Shown here piece after piece: positions 26,322 through 33,260 of a stretch of 40,250 nucleotides of DNA. Position 1 is the first letter of the stretch. Each line of letters begins with the position of its first letter. Made by a program: the position numbers and the translations under genes. Below the pieces are notes generated by a model. The model was not told where the DNA came from and did no database searches. It saw only the letters and a list, made by a program, of their open reading frames with translations. The stretch is from positions 1 through 40,250 of the IMG/VR virus record IMGVR_UViG_3300045988_028050; one strand, given 5' to 3'. This stretch comes from a virus.

Positions 26322-26606
26322 CTAAATGTTCCATGTGCAGTTCTTTGCCAGACGCTTAACTGCGTTGTCCCTGCAAATTGCCTTGATTGTGCATCGCACC
26401 GGCCGTCCTGTAGCGTTTTCCACGCCGGAAAATTCTATCCAGCGATAAGATTGACCGCGAACTCCGGACGGCTTCATGCGACCCTCCGGGAGTATCACAT
26501 CAATCGTCTTTCGCTCTTTGTCATAGCTTCCGAGTACCGTTTCGCAATCGGAGAAAGACGTCTTGTACCTGCGGTACAACATCGTTTCGATTGTCGTTCC
26601 GTTCAT
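26322..26606 (-). CDS. Hypothetical protein, 94 aa
   Basis: Start refined to ATG 26606 (ATGA overlap with a 29-codon micro-ORF). The longer track ORF has a non-protein-like extension. Confidence 0.5.
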   Translation of the reverse strand: MNGTTIETMLYRRYKTSFSDCETVLGSYDKERKTIDVILPEGRMKPSGVRGQSYRWIEFSGVENATGRPVRCTIKAICRDNAVKRLAKNCTWNI

Positions 26607-26892
26607 CGCCCCAGCGCCTCCACGCCCTTGACGATAGCCCAGCTCAGCCACGCCGCGCCGATAAACGCCAGCGTCCATGCAAACCAACTCATGTCGTTTC
26701 CTCCTGCCGAATGTACTCGACCTCGATAATTTCCATTCCGTTCTGCCGTGCCCATAACATCACGGCAATTTCAGCACACGTCATAATCTCTTGCCTTTCC
26801 TCTGCGGTCGTGGTATACTATCCGCAGAACATTTTGGTAGATGTTTCGGAGACGCCCTGTCCAGTGCCGCAACCACTGGGCGGGGCTTTTTC

Positions 26893-27096
26893 TTACCCCT
26901 GCGGCATCGTCCCCATCAGCTCCTCCACCTTCACGCCGTAGTGCTTCGCTACCAGCTTCGCGTGCTTCGGGTGCGGCTTAATGCCGTTCTTCCAGTTCGT
27001 AATGGACGTCTGATGTACGCCGATAGCCTTTGCCAGTCGGTAACTCGTCTCGCCGTGTTCCTCCTGCAACCGTGCGAGGTTTTCACCAAATCCCAA
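26893..27096 (-). CDS. Cro-like XRE HTH protein (first gene of the lytic transcript)
   Basis: TTG start 7 nt after GGAGG. ETSYRLAKAIGVHQTSITNWKNG is an HTH. Divergent from the CI-like gene. Confidence 0.75.
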   Translation of the reverse strand: MGFGENLARLQEEHGETSYRLAKAIGVHQTSITNWKNGIKPHPKHAKLVAKHYGVKVEELMGTMPQG

Positions 27097-27125
27097 AATA
27101 TCACCTCCAAAGTTAGATTATTTTC

Positions 27126-27154
27126 TTGACAAATTAGAGTATTTGTGATAGTTT
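27126..27154 (+). promoter_or_regulatory. Candidate lysogenic promoter
   Basis: TTGACA (27126-27131), a 17-nt spacer, then TGaTAGTTT extended -10 (27149-27154). Confidence 0.45.
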
Positions 27155-27234
27155 GGTTTTGCTACAAACTTTCCTATCACGCCAGCCCTATTTATCGGGG
27201 TGGTGCAGGTTTTTATTGCCTGTCCACGACGACA

Positions 27235-27263
27235 ATTATACCCTAACTTAGGGCATCTGTCAA
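27235..27263 (-). promoter_or_regulatory. Consensus lytic promoter
   Basis: Minus-strand read: TTGACA (27263-27258), 17 nt, TATAAT (27240-27235). The 13-bp palindrome CCCTAAcTTAGGG fills the spacer. Confidence 0.8.
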
Positions 27264-27298
27264 CCGAATTTAGGGTGTCAAAATGCACTAAATTAGGG
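27241..27298. promoter_or_regulatory. TTAGGG operator set
   Basis: CCCTAAcTTAGGG (27241-27253), AATTTAGGGTG (TTAGGG at 27270-27275) and AAATTAGGGTT (TTAGGG at 27293-27298). The 11-mer AAATTAGGGTT recurs at 28847-28857. Confidence 0.6.
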
Positions 27299-27308
27299 TT
27301 CTGTTTTT

Positions 27309-27665
27309 ATGAGTTTTACCAATAATTTTAACTACGCTTTAGAGCAGCGCGAATATTCTGCGTACAGATTTGCAAAAATTATAGGAGTAAACGGTCAATC
27401 TGTCGCAAACTGGAAAGCGGGCACTGTAATTCCGCACCCCAAAACGCGCCAAAAAATAGCCGAGCATTTCGGCATTACGCTTGCGGAGCTGGACGGTGAC
27501 GAACTGCCCGTCCTGCCGCCGGAAGGCGCAAAAAAAGCCCCCGCCGCAAAGGGCGAGGACGAAGCAAAGCTTGCACAATTTGTAGACGGCTTTATGCGCC
27601 TTACTCCTCAACAAAAGGATACTGTGCTTGCTCTAATAAAAGGCTTTCTACAAGATCAAGCATAA
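27309..27665 (+). CDS. CI-like XRE-family repressor
   Basis: N-terminal HTH (EYSAYRFAKIIGVNGQSVANWKAG), a flexible linker and a short C-terminal helix. First gene of the plus-strand lysogeny module. Confidence 0.8.
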   Translation: MSFTNNFNYALEQREYSAYRFAKIIGVNGQSVANWKAGTVIPHPKTRQKIAEHFGITLAELDGDELPVLPPEGAKKAPAAKGEDEAKLAQFVDGFMRLTPQQKDTVLALIKGFLQDQA

Positions 27666-27729
27666 CGTCTTTTTGCTCCGGGGTTAGCATCATAAAAAGT
27701 GCGGCTGCCATTTTTACCTGGTTGTCCAT
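27601..27729 (-). CDS. Antisense micro-ORF, 42 aa, resembling the repressor C-terminal tail
   Basis: ATG 27729 is preceded by AAAGGGGAAAGAA. Hand translation gives MDNQVKMAAALFMMLTPEQKDVMLDLVESLLLEQAQYPFVEE. Overlaps the last 65 nt of the repressor gene in antisense. Confidence 0.35.
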   Translation of the reverse strand: MDNQVKMAAALFMMLTPEQKDVMLDLVESLLLEQAQYPFVEE

Positions 27730-27858
27730 TTCTTTCCCCTTTCTTAATTTGACATATTATTTTCTCGGTGTACAACTAAGTTAGTACACTTATAGTTACG
27801 CACACGCTGTTTGTTGCCCACAAATGGGCAACACATTGAAAATTTTTGGGGGGCTAAA

Positions 27859-28755
27859 ATGAAAAGGCATCGTAAACTAAAGGCTGTAGTTATTTTTGTT
27901 CTCACTTTGTTTTTTACCATTATAGCGTTGTTGCTCATTCCTTTCGCAAGTGTGCCACAAGAAGACGGAACGGCAATGCTTACTTATGGCGCGACCGCAG
28001 CTCTTATTATTGTCCCGTCCGCGTTTACAGCATTGTTTGTGTGGATTGATAAGCGCGTTGAAAAAGCAAGCTTGCCGCAAGAGCCTTTTATTACTGCCAA
28101 TGGCAAAGCCCACGATCCGCTCATACCGGATGCAATAAAAGTAGTCATGGAAACCGGGCAAGCGTCCGTTTCTATGCTGCAGCGTAAGCTCAATCTTGGG
28201 TATTCTCAAGCCTTACGATTGATCGACGAGATGGAAACGCTGGGTATTGTCGGCCCGTTCGAAGGTTCTCGGCCTCGGCAAATATTGCTTACGCGGTCAC
28301 AATGCGAAGCGCTTATTCCAACGCTTAAGATTGCCCGCGCAAATTCATGTTTCGCGCCTTGTGAAGCAAGCAATCCGGACGCGGAGCTATACAAAATAGA
28401 TGGAATGGAAGGGCACGATTTTGAGTATTGGTGTGCAGACCTTCTAAAGAAAAACGGTTTTTCCAATGTTGAAGTCACACGTGGCAGCGGAGATCAGGGC
28501 GTTGACGTCCTTGCTAAATTTGGCGATGCCAAATATGCCATTCAATGTAAGTGCTATTCTTTCGATTTAGGAAACAAGCCGGTGCAGGAAGTAAATGCTG
28601 GAAAAGCATTTTACCATTGTCATATTGGGGTTGTAATGACAAATAGGTATTTTACAGCAGGCGCGAAAGAAATTGCGGAAGCAACCGGCGTTTTGCTGTG
28701 GGATAGGGACACGCTTAAGCGCTTGATTAAAAATGGGGGGCGTAATGATGATTAA
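27859..28755 (+). CDS. Membrane-anchored FtsK-gamma (winged helix) + Mrr_cat (PD-(D/E)xK) nuclease fusion
   Basis: Two N-terminal TM helices. DPLIPDAIKVVMETGQASVSMLQRKLNLGYSQALRLIDEMETLGIVGPFEGSRPRQILL is an FtsK/SpoIIIE gamma domain. GHDFEYWCADLL..GSGDQGVDVLA..AIQCKCY..VVMTNRYFT is an Mrr-type nuclease core. Confidence 0.8.
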   Translation: MKRHRKLKAVVIFVLTLFFTIIALLLIPFASVPQEDGTAMLTYGATAALIIVPSAFTALFVWIDKRVEKASLPQEPFITANGKAHDPLIPDAIKVVMETGQASVSMLQRKLNLGYSQALRLIDEMETLGIVGPFEGSRPRQILLTRSQCEALIPTLKIARANSCFAPCEASNPDAELYKIDGMEGHDFEYWCADLLKKNGFSNVEVTRGSGDQGVDVLAKFGDAKYAIQCKCYSFDLGNKPVQEVNAGKAFYHCHIGVVMTNRYFTAGAKEIAEATGVLLWDRDTLKRLIKNGGRNDD

Positions 28756-28766
28756 AGCAAGCAAAT

Positions 28767-28806
28767 AGCCCCGCTGCTCCCGCAACGGACAGCGGGGCTA
28801 TTTTGC
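28767..28806 (+). terminator. Intrinsic terminator after the nuclease gene
   Basis: AGCCCCGCTG, a 13-nt loop, CAGCGGGGCT, then ATTTTG. Confidence 0.8.
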
Positions 28807-28856
28807 CGGTGGCCTCCCGGCTTTCCGGCTGCACGTTCACACTAACAAATTAGGGT

Positions 28857-28885
28857 TTGGCAGGGCAATACCAAATTCGGATAAT
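28857..28885 (+). promoter_or_regulatory. Candidate promoter of the HTH-TM / integrase operon, overlapped by a TTAGGG operator
   Basis: TTGGCA (28857-28862), a 17-nt spacer, GATAAT (28880-28885). AAATTAGGGTT (28847-28857) abuts the -35. Confidence 0.55.
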
Positions 28886-28946
28886 TACCGTTTGCGGCAA
28901 AACAGAATTGGGATTCTTCTGCCCGAAAAAGGAGTAAAAGGGGAAA

Positions 28947-29558
28947 ATGGTAAAAACATTGCAGGATTTGTGCAGGGATGCAAAAGACCGACAGAATTTA
29001 ACTATACAAGATTTGTCCGACATGACGGACATTTCAGCATCAACCATAAGCAATTTTTTCTCCGCATCATCAAAGGAGCCGAGCGTGTACAAAATGGGTT
29101 TAATTTGTGCCGCGCTTGGCGTTTCGATGGACGAATATTTCGGGATTGAAAAAGAAGTGACAACGGAAGATCAATTGACGAAAGCCAATGAACAGCTGAA
29201 GCATCAAAAGCAGCTGCATGATGCCGATGTGCAGATAGCCCATCTTGAGGGCAGCATGGAGCAGATGGCAAAAACCATTAACTACCATCGCAAGAAATCG
29301 CGGGACACAAAATTTGCTATTTATGGCCTTACGCTTTTGTGCGCCATATTTATGGCTGTTATCGTGGGATATATCTTTTTTGACTACCACATTCCCCATA
29401 AGGGGCTTATTCAGGGCGGGCAAGCTGGTGTATTTGCATGGATTGTCTTTTTGCTTCTTGCCGCCGGTATTGGCATTTTTGCCGCTATTTTGATGATGTA
29501 TTTGCGCTATGCAAAGAAGTATACATTGTCGCCAGATAAGGGAGGAGATGAACAATGA
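28947..29558 (+). CDS. Membrane-anchored XRE-family HTH protein (HTH, coiled coil, two C-terminal TM helices)
   Basis: LTIQDLSDMTDISASTISNFFS is an HTH. TMs are FAIYGLTLLCAIFMAVIVGYIFF and VFAWIVFLLLAAGIGIFAAILMMY. Its stop overlaps the integrase ATG (ATGA). Confidence 0.75.
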   Translation: MVKTLQDLCRDAKDRQNLTIQDLSDMTDISASTISNFFSASSKEPSVYKMGLICAALGVSMDEYFGIEKEVTTEDQLTKANEQLKHQKQLHDADVQIAHLEGSMEQMAKTINYHRKKSRDTKFAIYGLTLLCAIFMAVIVGYIFFDYHIPHKGLIQGGQAGVFAWIVFLLLAAGIGIFAAILMMYLRYAKKYTLSPDKGGDEQ

Positions 29559-30877
29559 GTGTAGTATTGCGGGCAGCATTATACCCGCGTGTGTCCACAG
29601 AAGAACAGAAAAAGTTTGGCCTGTCTATTCACGATCAGCAGAACGACCTCGAAGAATACGCCAAAGCCCACAATATGAAGGTGGTAGGCGTTTTCCAGGA
29701 TGCCGGGTTTTCCGCCAGAAAGAAGATTGAAAAGCGTCCCGCCATGCTTCAACTGCTGGAAGCCGTAAAGCATGATGAAATAGACATTATTCTTGTCACA
29801 AAGCTGGACCGGTGGTTTCGCAACATCGGCGAGTATTACAAAGTGCAGGAAATCCTTGAAGCCCACAACGTGTCATGGAAAACGATTTACGAGGACTACG
29901 ACACGTCTACAGCTGCAGGCCGGTTGAAGATTAACATTATGCTTTCCGTAGCACAGGACGAAGCTGACCGCGCCAGTGAACGCATAAAAAAAGTGCTTGA
30001 TGCAAAAAAAGATCGAAATGAGGTTTGCACCGGTCATCTTCCTAAAGGCTATAAAAGAGAGGGTAAGTTTGCGGTTATAGACAAAGAAGCAGAGCCGATA
30101 ATGCGCAGATTTTTTTCAACCTTCTTTGAAACCGGCGCAATAACAAAGGCGATGGATGCTGTGCCTGAATTAAATCTCAACTATAAAACCGCAAGCGCGA
30201 TACTGAATAACACCGCTTATATGGGCAAATGGAACGGCCTTACGCTGCCGCCGTACCTAACACAACAGGAATTTCAAAGGGTACAAGAATTAAGGCGGCG
30301 AGTTACAAGAAAATCACCGTATAACCGCATCTATTTATTCTCGGGGCTTACCGTGTGCGGCGAGTGTGGGAGAAGAATGACAGGACACCCTACCACATTA
30401 AAAGATGGCACGTGTGTTTACAAGTATCTTTGCCAGGGCGCGAAGCAAAGAAGGGGGTGTGACAATGGCTTAGTTGTTCGCGAACAAGACATAGAAAATT
30501 ATTTCATGTTTTCCATTGACGAACAGATACAGATCAAACTAAAAGCTAAAGCCCAGCACGCGCCCAAAATTAACACCGACGCGCAAATTAAAGCTATACA
30601 AAAAAAGCTTGCCAAACTGTCTGAGTTGTATATAGATGACATGATCTCAAAGCCAGACTACTCTAAAAAGTACGCAGAGCTGACGAAGCAAGTAGAGGCG
30701 CTTAAACAAACACAAGTACAAAGCCGCGCTCCGGAAGAAGTCGCGGACTTGTTCGCCCCCGGCTGGCAAGACATTTATAAAGATCTTACCCGCGAGAACA
30801 AACGGGCTTTTTGGAAACTCAAAATAAAAGAAATCCGGCTATACAAAGACAGCCGGATTGAATTCGATTTTCTCTAA
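29555..30877 (+). CDS. int: Large serine recombinase (integrase)
   Basis: Resolvase catalytic N-terminus (AALYPRVSTEEQ), recombinase domain, zinc ribbon CGECGRRM...C, and a C-terminal coiled coil. Confidence 0.92.
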   Translation: MSVVLRAALYPRVSTEEQKKFGLSIHDQQNDLEEYAKAHNMKVVGVFQDAGFSARKKIEKRPAMLQLLEAVKHDEIDIILVTKLDRWFRNIGEYYKVQEILEAHNVSWKTIYEDYDTSTAAGRLKINIMLSVAQDEADRASERIKKVLDAKKDRNEVCTGHLPKGYKREGKFAVIDKEAEPIMRRFFSTFFETGAITKAMDAVPELNLNYKTASAILNNTAYMGKWNGLTLPPYLTQQEFQRVQELRRRVTRKSPYNRIYLFSGLTVCGECGRRMTGHPTTLKDGTCVYKYLCQGAKQRRGCDNGLVVREQDIENYFMFSIDEQIQIKLKAKAQHAPKINTDAQIKAIQKKLAKLSELYIDDMISKPDYSKKYAELTKQVEALKQTQVQSRAPEEVADLFAPGWQDIYKDLTRENKRAFWKLKIKEIRLYKDSRIEFDFL

Positions 30878-30879
30878 AA

Positions 30880-30919
30880 ACTTAGTTAGACGTAACCTGA
30901 CGGTTGCATCCAACTAAGT
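30880..30919. other. Candidate attP core
   Basis: Two 18-nt arms, ACTTAGTTAGACGTAACC and GGTTGCATCCAACTAAGT (15/18 complementary), flank the central TGAC. It begins 3 bp after the integrase stop. Confidence 0.5.
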
Positions 30920-30958
30920 ACACGGCAATATCCCCCGCCCAAACAGGCGGGGGATCGC

Positions 30959-31273
30959 TTATCCTCGCATCTTTCGCATCACGTTATCATACATTCGCGC
31001 ATTGGTTACTTTCAGCGCATCCATCAACTCGTCCACTATGGCCCACGCCTGTTCCGGCGCGCGGGATGATACCGCTTGCATGAAGTCACTGTCACCGTCT
31101 ACCACATCAGGAGCCGGCGCGCTGGAATACATAGCCACCGGTGCAGGGTTTCTCTGCCCTTCGTGCTGGTTTTGTATAATGTACAGCGCGGCCAACTTCT
31201 CGTAGTTCGGCCAGCTTGACTGTTCCGTTTCCAGTCTGGCTATCCAGGCTTTAAGTTCCTTTTCGTCGATCAA
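30959..31273 (-). CDS. Hypothetical protein, 104 aa (accessory cassette, last gene)
   Basis: ORF track. The C-terminal AWAIVDELMDALKVTNARMYDNVMRKM motif recurs in Clostridia, by my recollection only. Confidence 0.55.
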   Translation of the reverse strand: MIDEKELKAWIARLETEQSSWPNYEKLAALYIIQNQHEGQRNPAPVAMYSSAPAPDVVDGDSDFMQAVSSRAPEQAWAIVDELMDALKVTNARMYDNVMRKMRG

Positions 31274-31289
31274 GGGGAACTACCCCCTC

Positions 31290-31706
31290 TCAGCCCTCCA
31301 CGGCATCCATGCACCGCTGAATGGCGTTGCGGATTGTATCATCGTCCGCATTGTCCAGCATCTCCTGCAGCTGGCGCTTCATGTCGTCCTTCGCACTGTC
31401 GCGGCTATAATGTCCGCGCACGTAGTGAGTGCCGCGCCGTGCGTAGGAGCTGCCGCCGCCGTAGCTGTCGCGGGAATACCTGCGCTGGGAATAGTCGCCG
31501 TCGCGGGAGTAACGCCGCTGGGAATAATCGCCGTCGCGGCTGTATCCTTCGTCGTCCATCAGATCGATCTTGTCGATGTTCTTGATGGTGCTTACCAGCT
31601 TATGCGCGATGTCCAGATCCCCGGCGCCCAGCTCTCCTTTGTGGGCGATTTCGTCAAGCTCCTTGCACAGCATATCGCGCAAATCGTACATTGCTTTCAT
31701 GCTCAT
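31290..31706 (-). CDS. Hypothetical protein with an R/S/Y/D-rich tandem repeat, 138 aa
   Basis: ORF track. Helical ends flank GYSRDGDYSQRRYSRDGDYSQRRYSRDSYGGGSSYARRG. Confidence 0.6.
   Translation of the reverse strand: MSMKAMYDLRDMLCKELDEIAHKGELGAGDLDIAHKLVSTIKNIDKIDLMDDEGYSRDGDYSQRRYSRDGDYSQRRYSRDSYGGGSSYARRGTHYVRGHYSRDSAKDDMKRQLQEMLDNADDDTIRNAIQRCMDAVEG
31467..31539. repeat. 33-nt tandem repeat, about 2.2 copies, inside the CDS
   Basis: 31467-31499 and 31500-31532 align along their whole length with a few substitutions. A third unit starts at 31533. They encode the YSRDGDYSQRR repeats. Confidence 0.8.
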
Positions 31707-31718
31707 AGTTTGCTCCTT

Positions 31719-32141
31719 TCAGCTTACGCGGTCAACGGTCAAGTTGGAGTTGGCGAAATTGATTGCCTGTGCGCTCGTGTTTTCCATAGCTACAGTCAGG
31801 CAACAGCCCTTCGGCACTTCCACAATGGCGCTGACATAAATGTTGAAATAGTTTTCCACTGCGGCGGGTGTAACGGTCGCCACGGCACTACTAAGCGGTT
31901 CCCCGTTGATAGCCAGCGCGGCGGTAATAGCTTCCACCGTGCCGCCGGTAGGGATAGCGATGTTGCCGCCAAAAGCCACGCGAAAACGTGCCTTGCACTG
32001 GTTTGTCAGCCCGCGCAAAGTTACGATGCCTGCTCCGGCTCGATGCACGATGCACGGCTTGCTGTTGACCGCGGTTTCCGTCAGAGGCACATTCTGCCCT
32101 GCGGCCACAGTCACGATATTGGCGTTGGTAAATTCGGCCAA
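31719..32141 (-). CDS. Beta-rich protein, 140 aa, with a pattern reminiscent of C1q/TNF-like BclA C-terminal domains (tentative)
   Basis: Start refined to TTG 32141, 7 nt after AAAGGAG. Alternating hydrophobic pattern: VTVAAGQNVPL..IVTLRG..FRVAFGGNI..ALAINGEPL..VAMENTS..SNLTVDRV. Confidence 0.6.
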   Translation of the reverse strand: MAEFTNANIVTVAAGQNVPLTETAVNSKPCIVHRAGAGIVTLRGLTNQCKARFRVAFGGNIAIPTGGTVEAITAALAINGEPLSSAVATVTPAAVENYFNIYVSAIVEVPKGCCLTVAMENTSAQAINFANSNLTVDRVS

Positions 32142-32256
32142 AATAATCACTCCTTTCAAAATACAGCGGCGGAGCTATTGCCCCGCCGCGTTGGTGTCAG
32201 TATCAGCACGGGGCTGAACAGTTCGGAAATCCCGAACAGCTGGTGCTATGCACTTT

Positions 32257-32985
32257 TCAGCAGCCGCAGCCGGTTCCGCATCCGCCATAGCCGCTGCCCG
32301 CCCACGGATTACAAGTGATGTAAGCTGGGGTGGGGCAAGGGCGCAGCTGGGAAATCAGGTAGTTGTTCTGCGCAGCCTGAGAAGCGGCAAGGCGCAACTC
32401 CTGATTGGCACTTTCCAGATCGCGCATCTTGCTCTGCGTCAGGAAGTCGAGGATCGCGCGGCTGTTGCTGTTGGCGTTGTCGATGATGTCGCGCGTGGCG
32501 TTCTGCACGGTGTTGCGCGTGTCACACGCCTGCGCCGCCATGTCGTAGCGCACGCCCTCGATGCTGCGCTGGGTGGTGCAGCAACATTCAGCTGCCTGCA
32601 TCTGCATGGCGTTGAGCTGCTGCATTAGCGCCGCCTGCTGGTTGCTACGGGACAGCTCGGCCTGTGCAAAGCCGTTTGCCATCGCCATGTTGGTGCCGTT
32701 GACAAGCTGCGCCTGCTGGTAAAACCCGTCGCAAAGTCCCTGATTTACACTGTCGATCTTGCGCTCGACATTGGCAAAGTCAGAGGTCAGAACATAACCG
32801 TCCATCACGCCGTTGCCGCCGTTACCGAAACCAAAGCCGTTACCCCAGCCGCCGAACGCGGCGAAAATAAGGAACAGAACGATCCACCACGCACCATCAC
32901 CGCCCCAGCCGAAACCGTTACCGTTTCCGGTGTTGGCAGGAGCCACAGGCATAGTCATCATGGGGGTGCCATCGGAAAGAGACAT
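32257..32985 (-). CDS. Gly-rich membrane protein with a Gln/Asn-rich helical region and a Cys-rich C-terminus, 242 aa
   Basis: Strong RBS AAGGAGTG. GNGNGFGWGGDGAWWIVLFLIFAAFGGWGNGFGFGNGGNG is a YjcZ-like segment. Internal CCC, and a C-terminal GYGGCGTGCGC. Confidence 0.7.
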   Translation of the reverse strand: MSLSDGTPMMTMPVAPANTGNGNGFGWGGDGAWWIVLFLIFAAFGGWGNGFGFGNGGNGVMDGYVLTSDFANVERKIDSVNQGLCDGFYQQAQLVNGTNMAMANGFAQAELSRSNQQAALMQQLNAMQMQAAECCCTTQRSIEGVRYDMAAQACDTRNTVQNATRDIIDNANSNSRAILDFLTQSKMRDLESANQELRLAASQAAQNNYLISQLRPCPTPAYITCNPWAGSGYGGCGTGCGC

Positions 32986-33038
32986 AGTATCACTCCTTTT
33001 GAAAAAATATTTATATCAAACCGTGGCCACGATTTTGA

Positions 33039-33260
33039 TTACTTGAAAAGCCCCTGAAATTGGTTCGCCATTGACTGTATCTTGTTCAACTGATCTTGTG
33101 AGATTCTGCCGCTTTGCAGCATTTTCTCTACTTCCGCTTTTGGGTCGCCTTTAAAGCTCGCTTTGAATTGCTTAAACTGCTGCAAAAGCTGAGGAAAGCC
33201 GCTCATCGACCTCGGCATCTGCCCGCCGCACAATGCATTGAAAAACGGATTGTTACTCAT
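33039..33260 (-). CDS. Hypothetical protein, 73 aa
   Basis: ATG overlaps the end of the upstream gene. MSNNPFFNAL...QQFKQFKASFKGDPKAEVEKML. Confidence 0.55.
   Translation of the reverse strand: MSNNPFFNALCGGQMPRSMSGFPQLLQQFKQFKASFKGDPKAEVEKMLQSGRISQDQLNKIQSMANQFQGLFK

Noticed and set aside
27768-27789. Shared CAACTAAGT..ACAC between this palindrome and the right arm of the candidate attP (30911-30923), as evidence for a second integrase site
   Set aside because: A 9-mer plus 4 nt with a 4-nt gap can occur by chance in 40 kb. The rest of the two sites does not align. It is kept only as a note.
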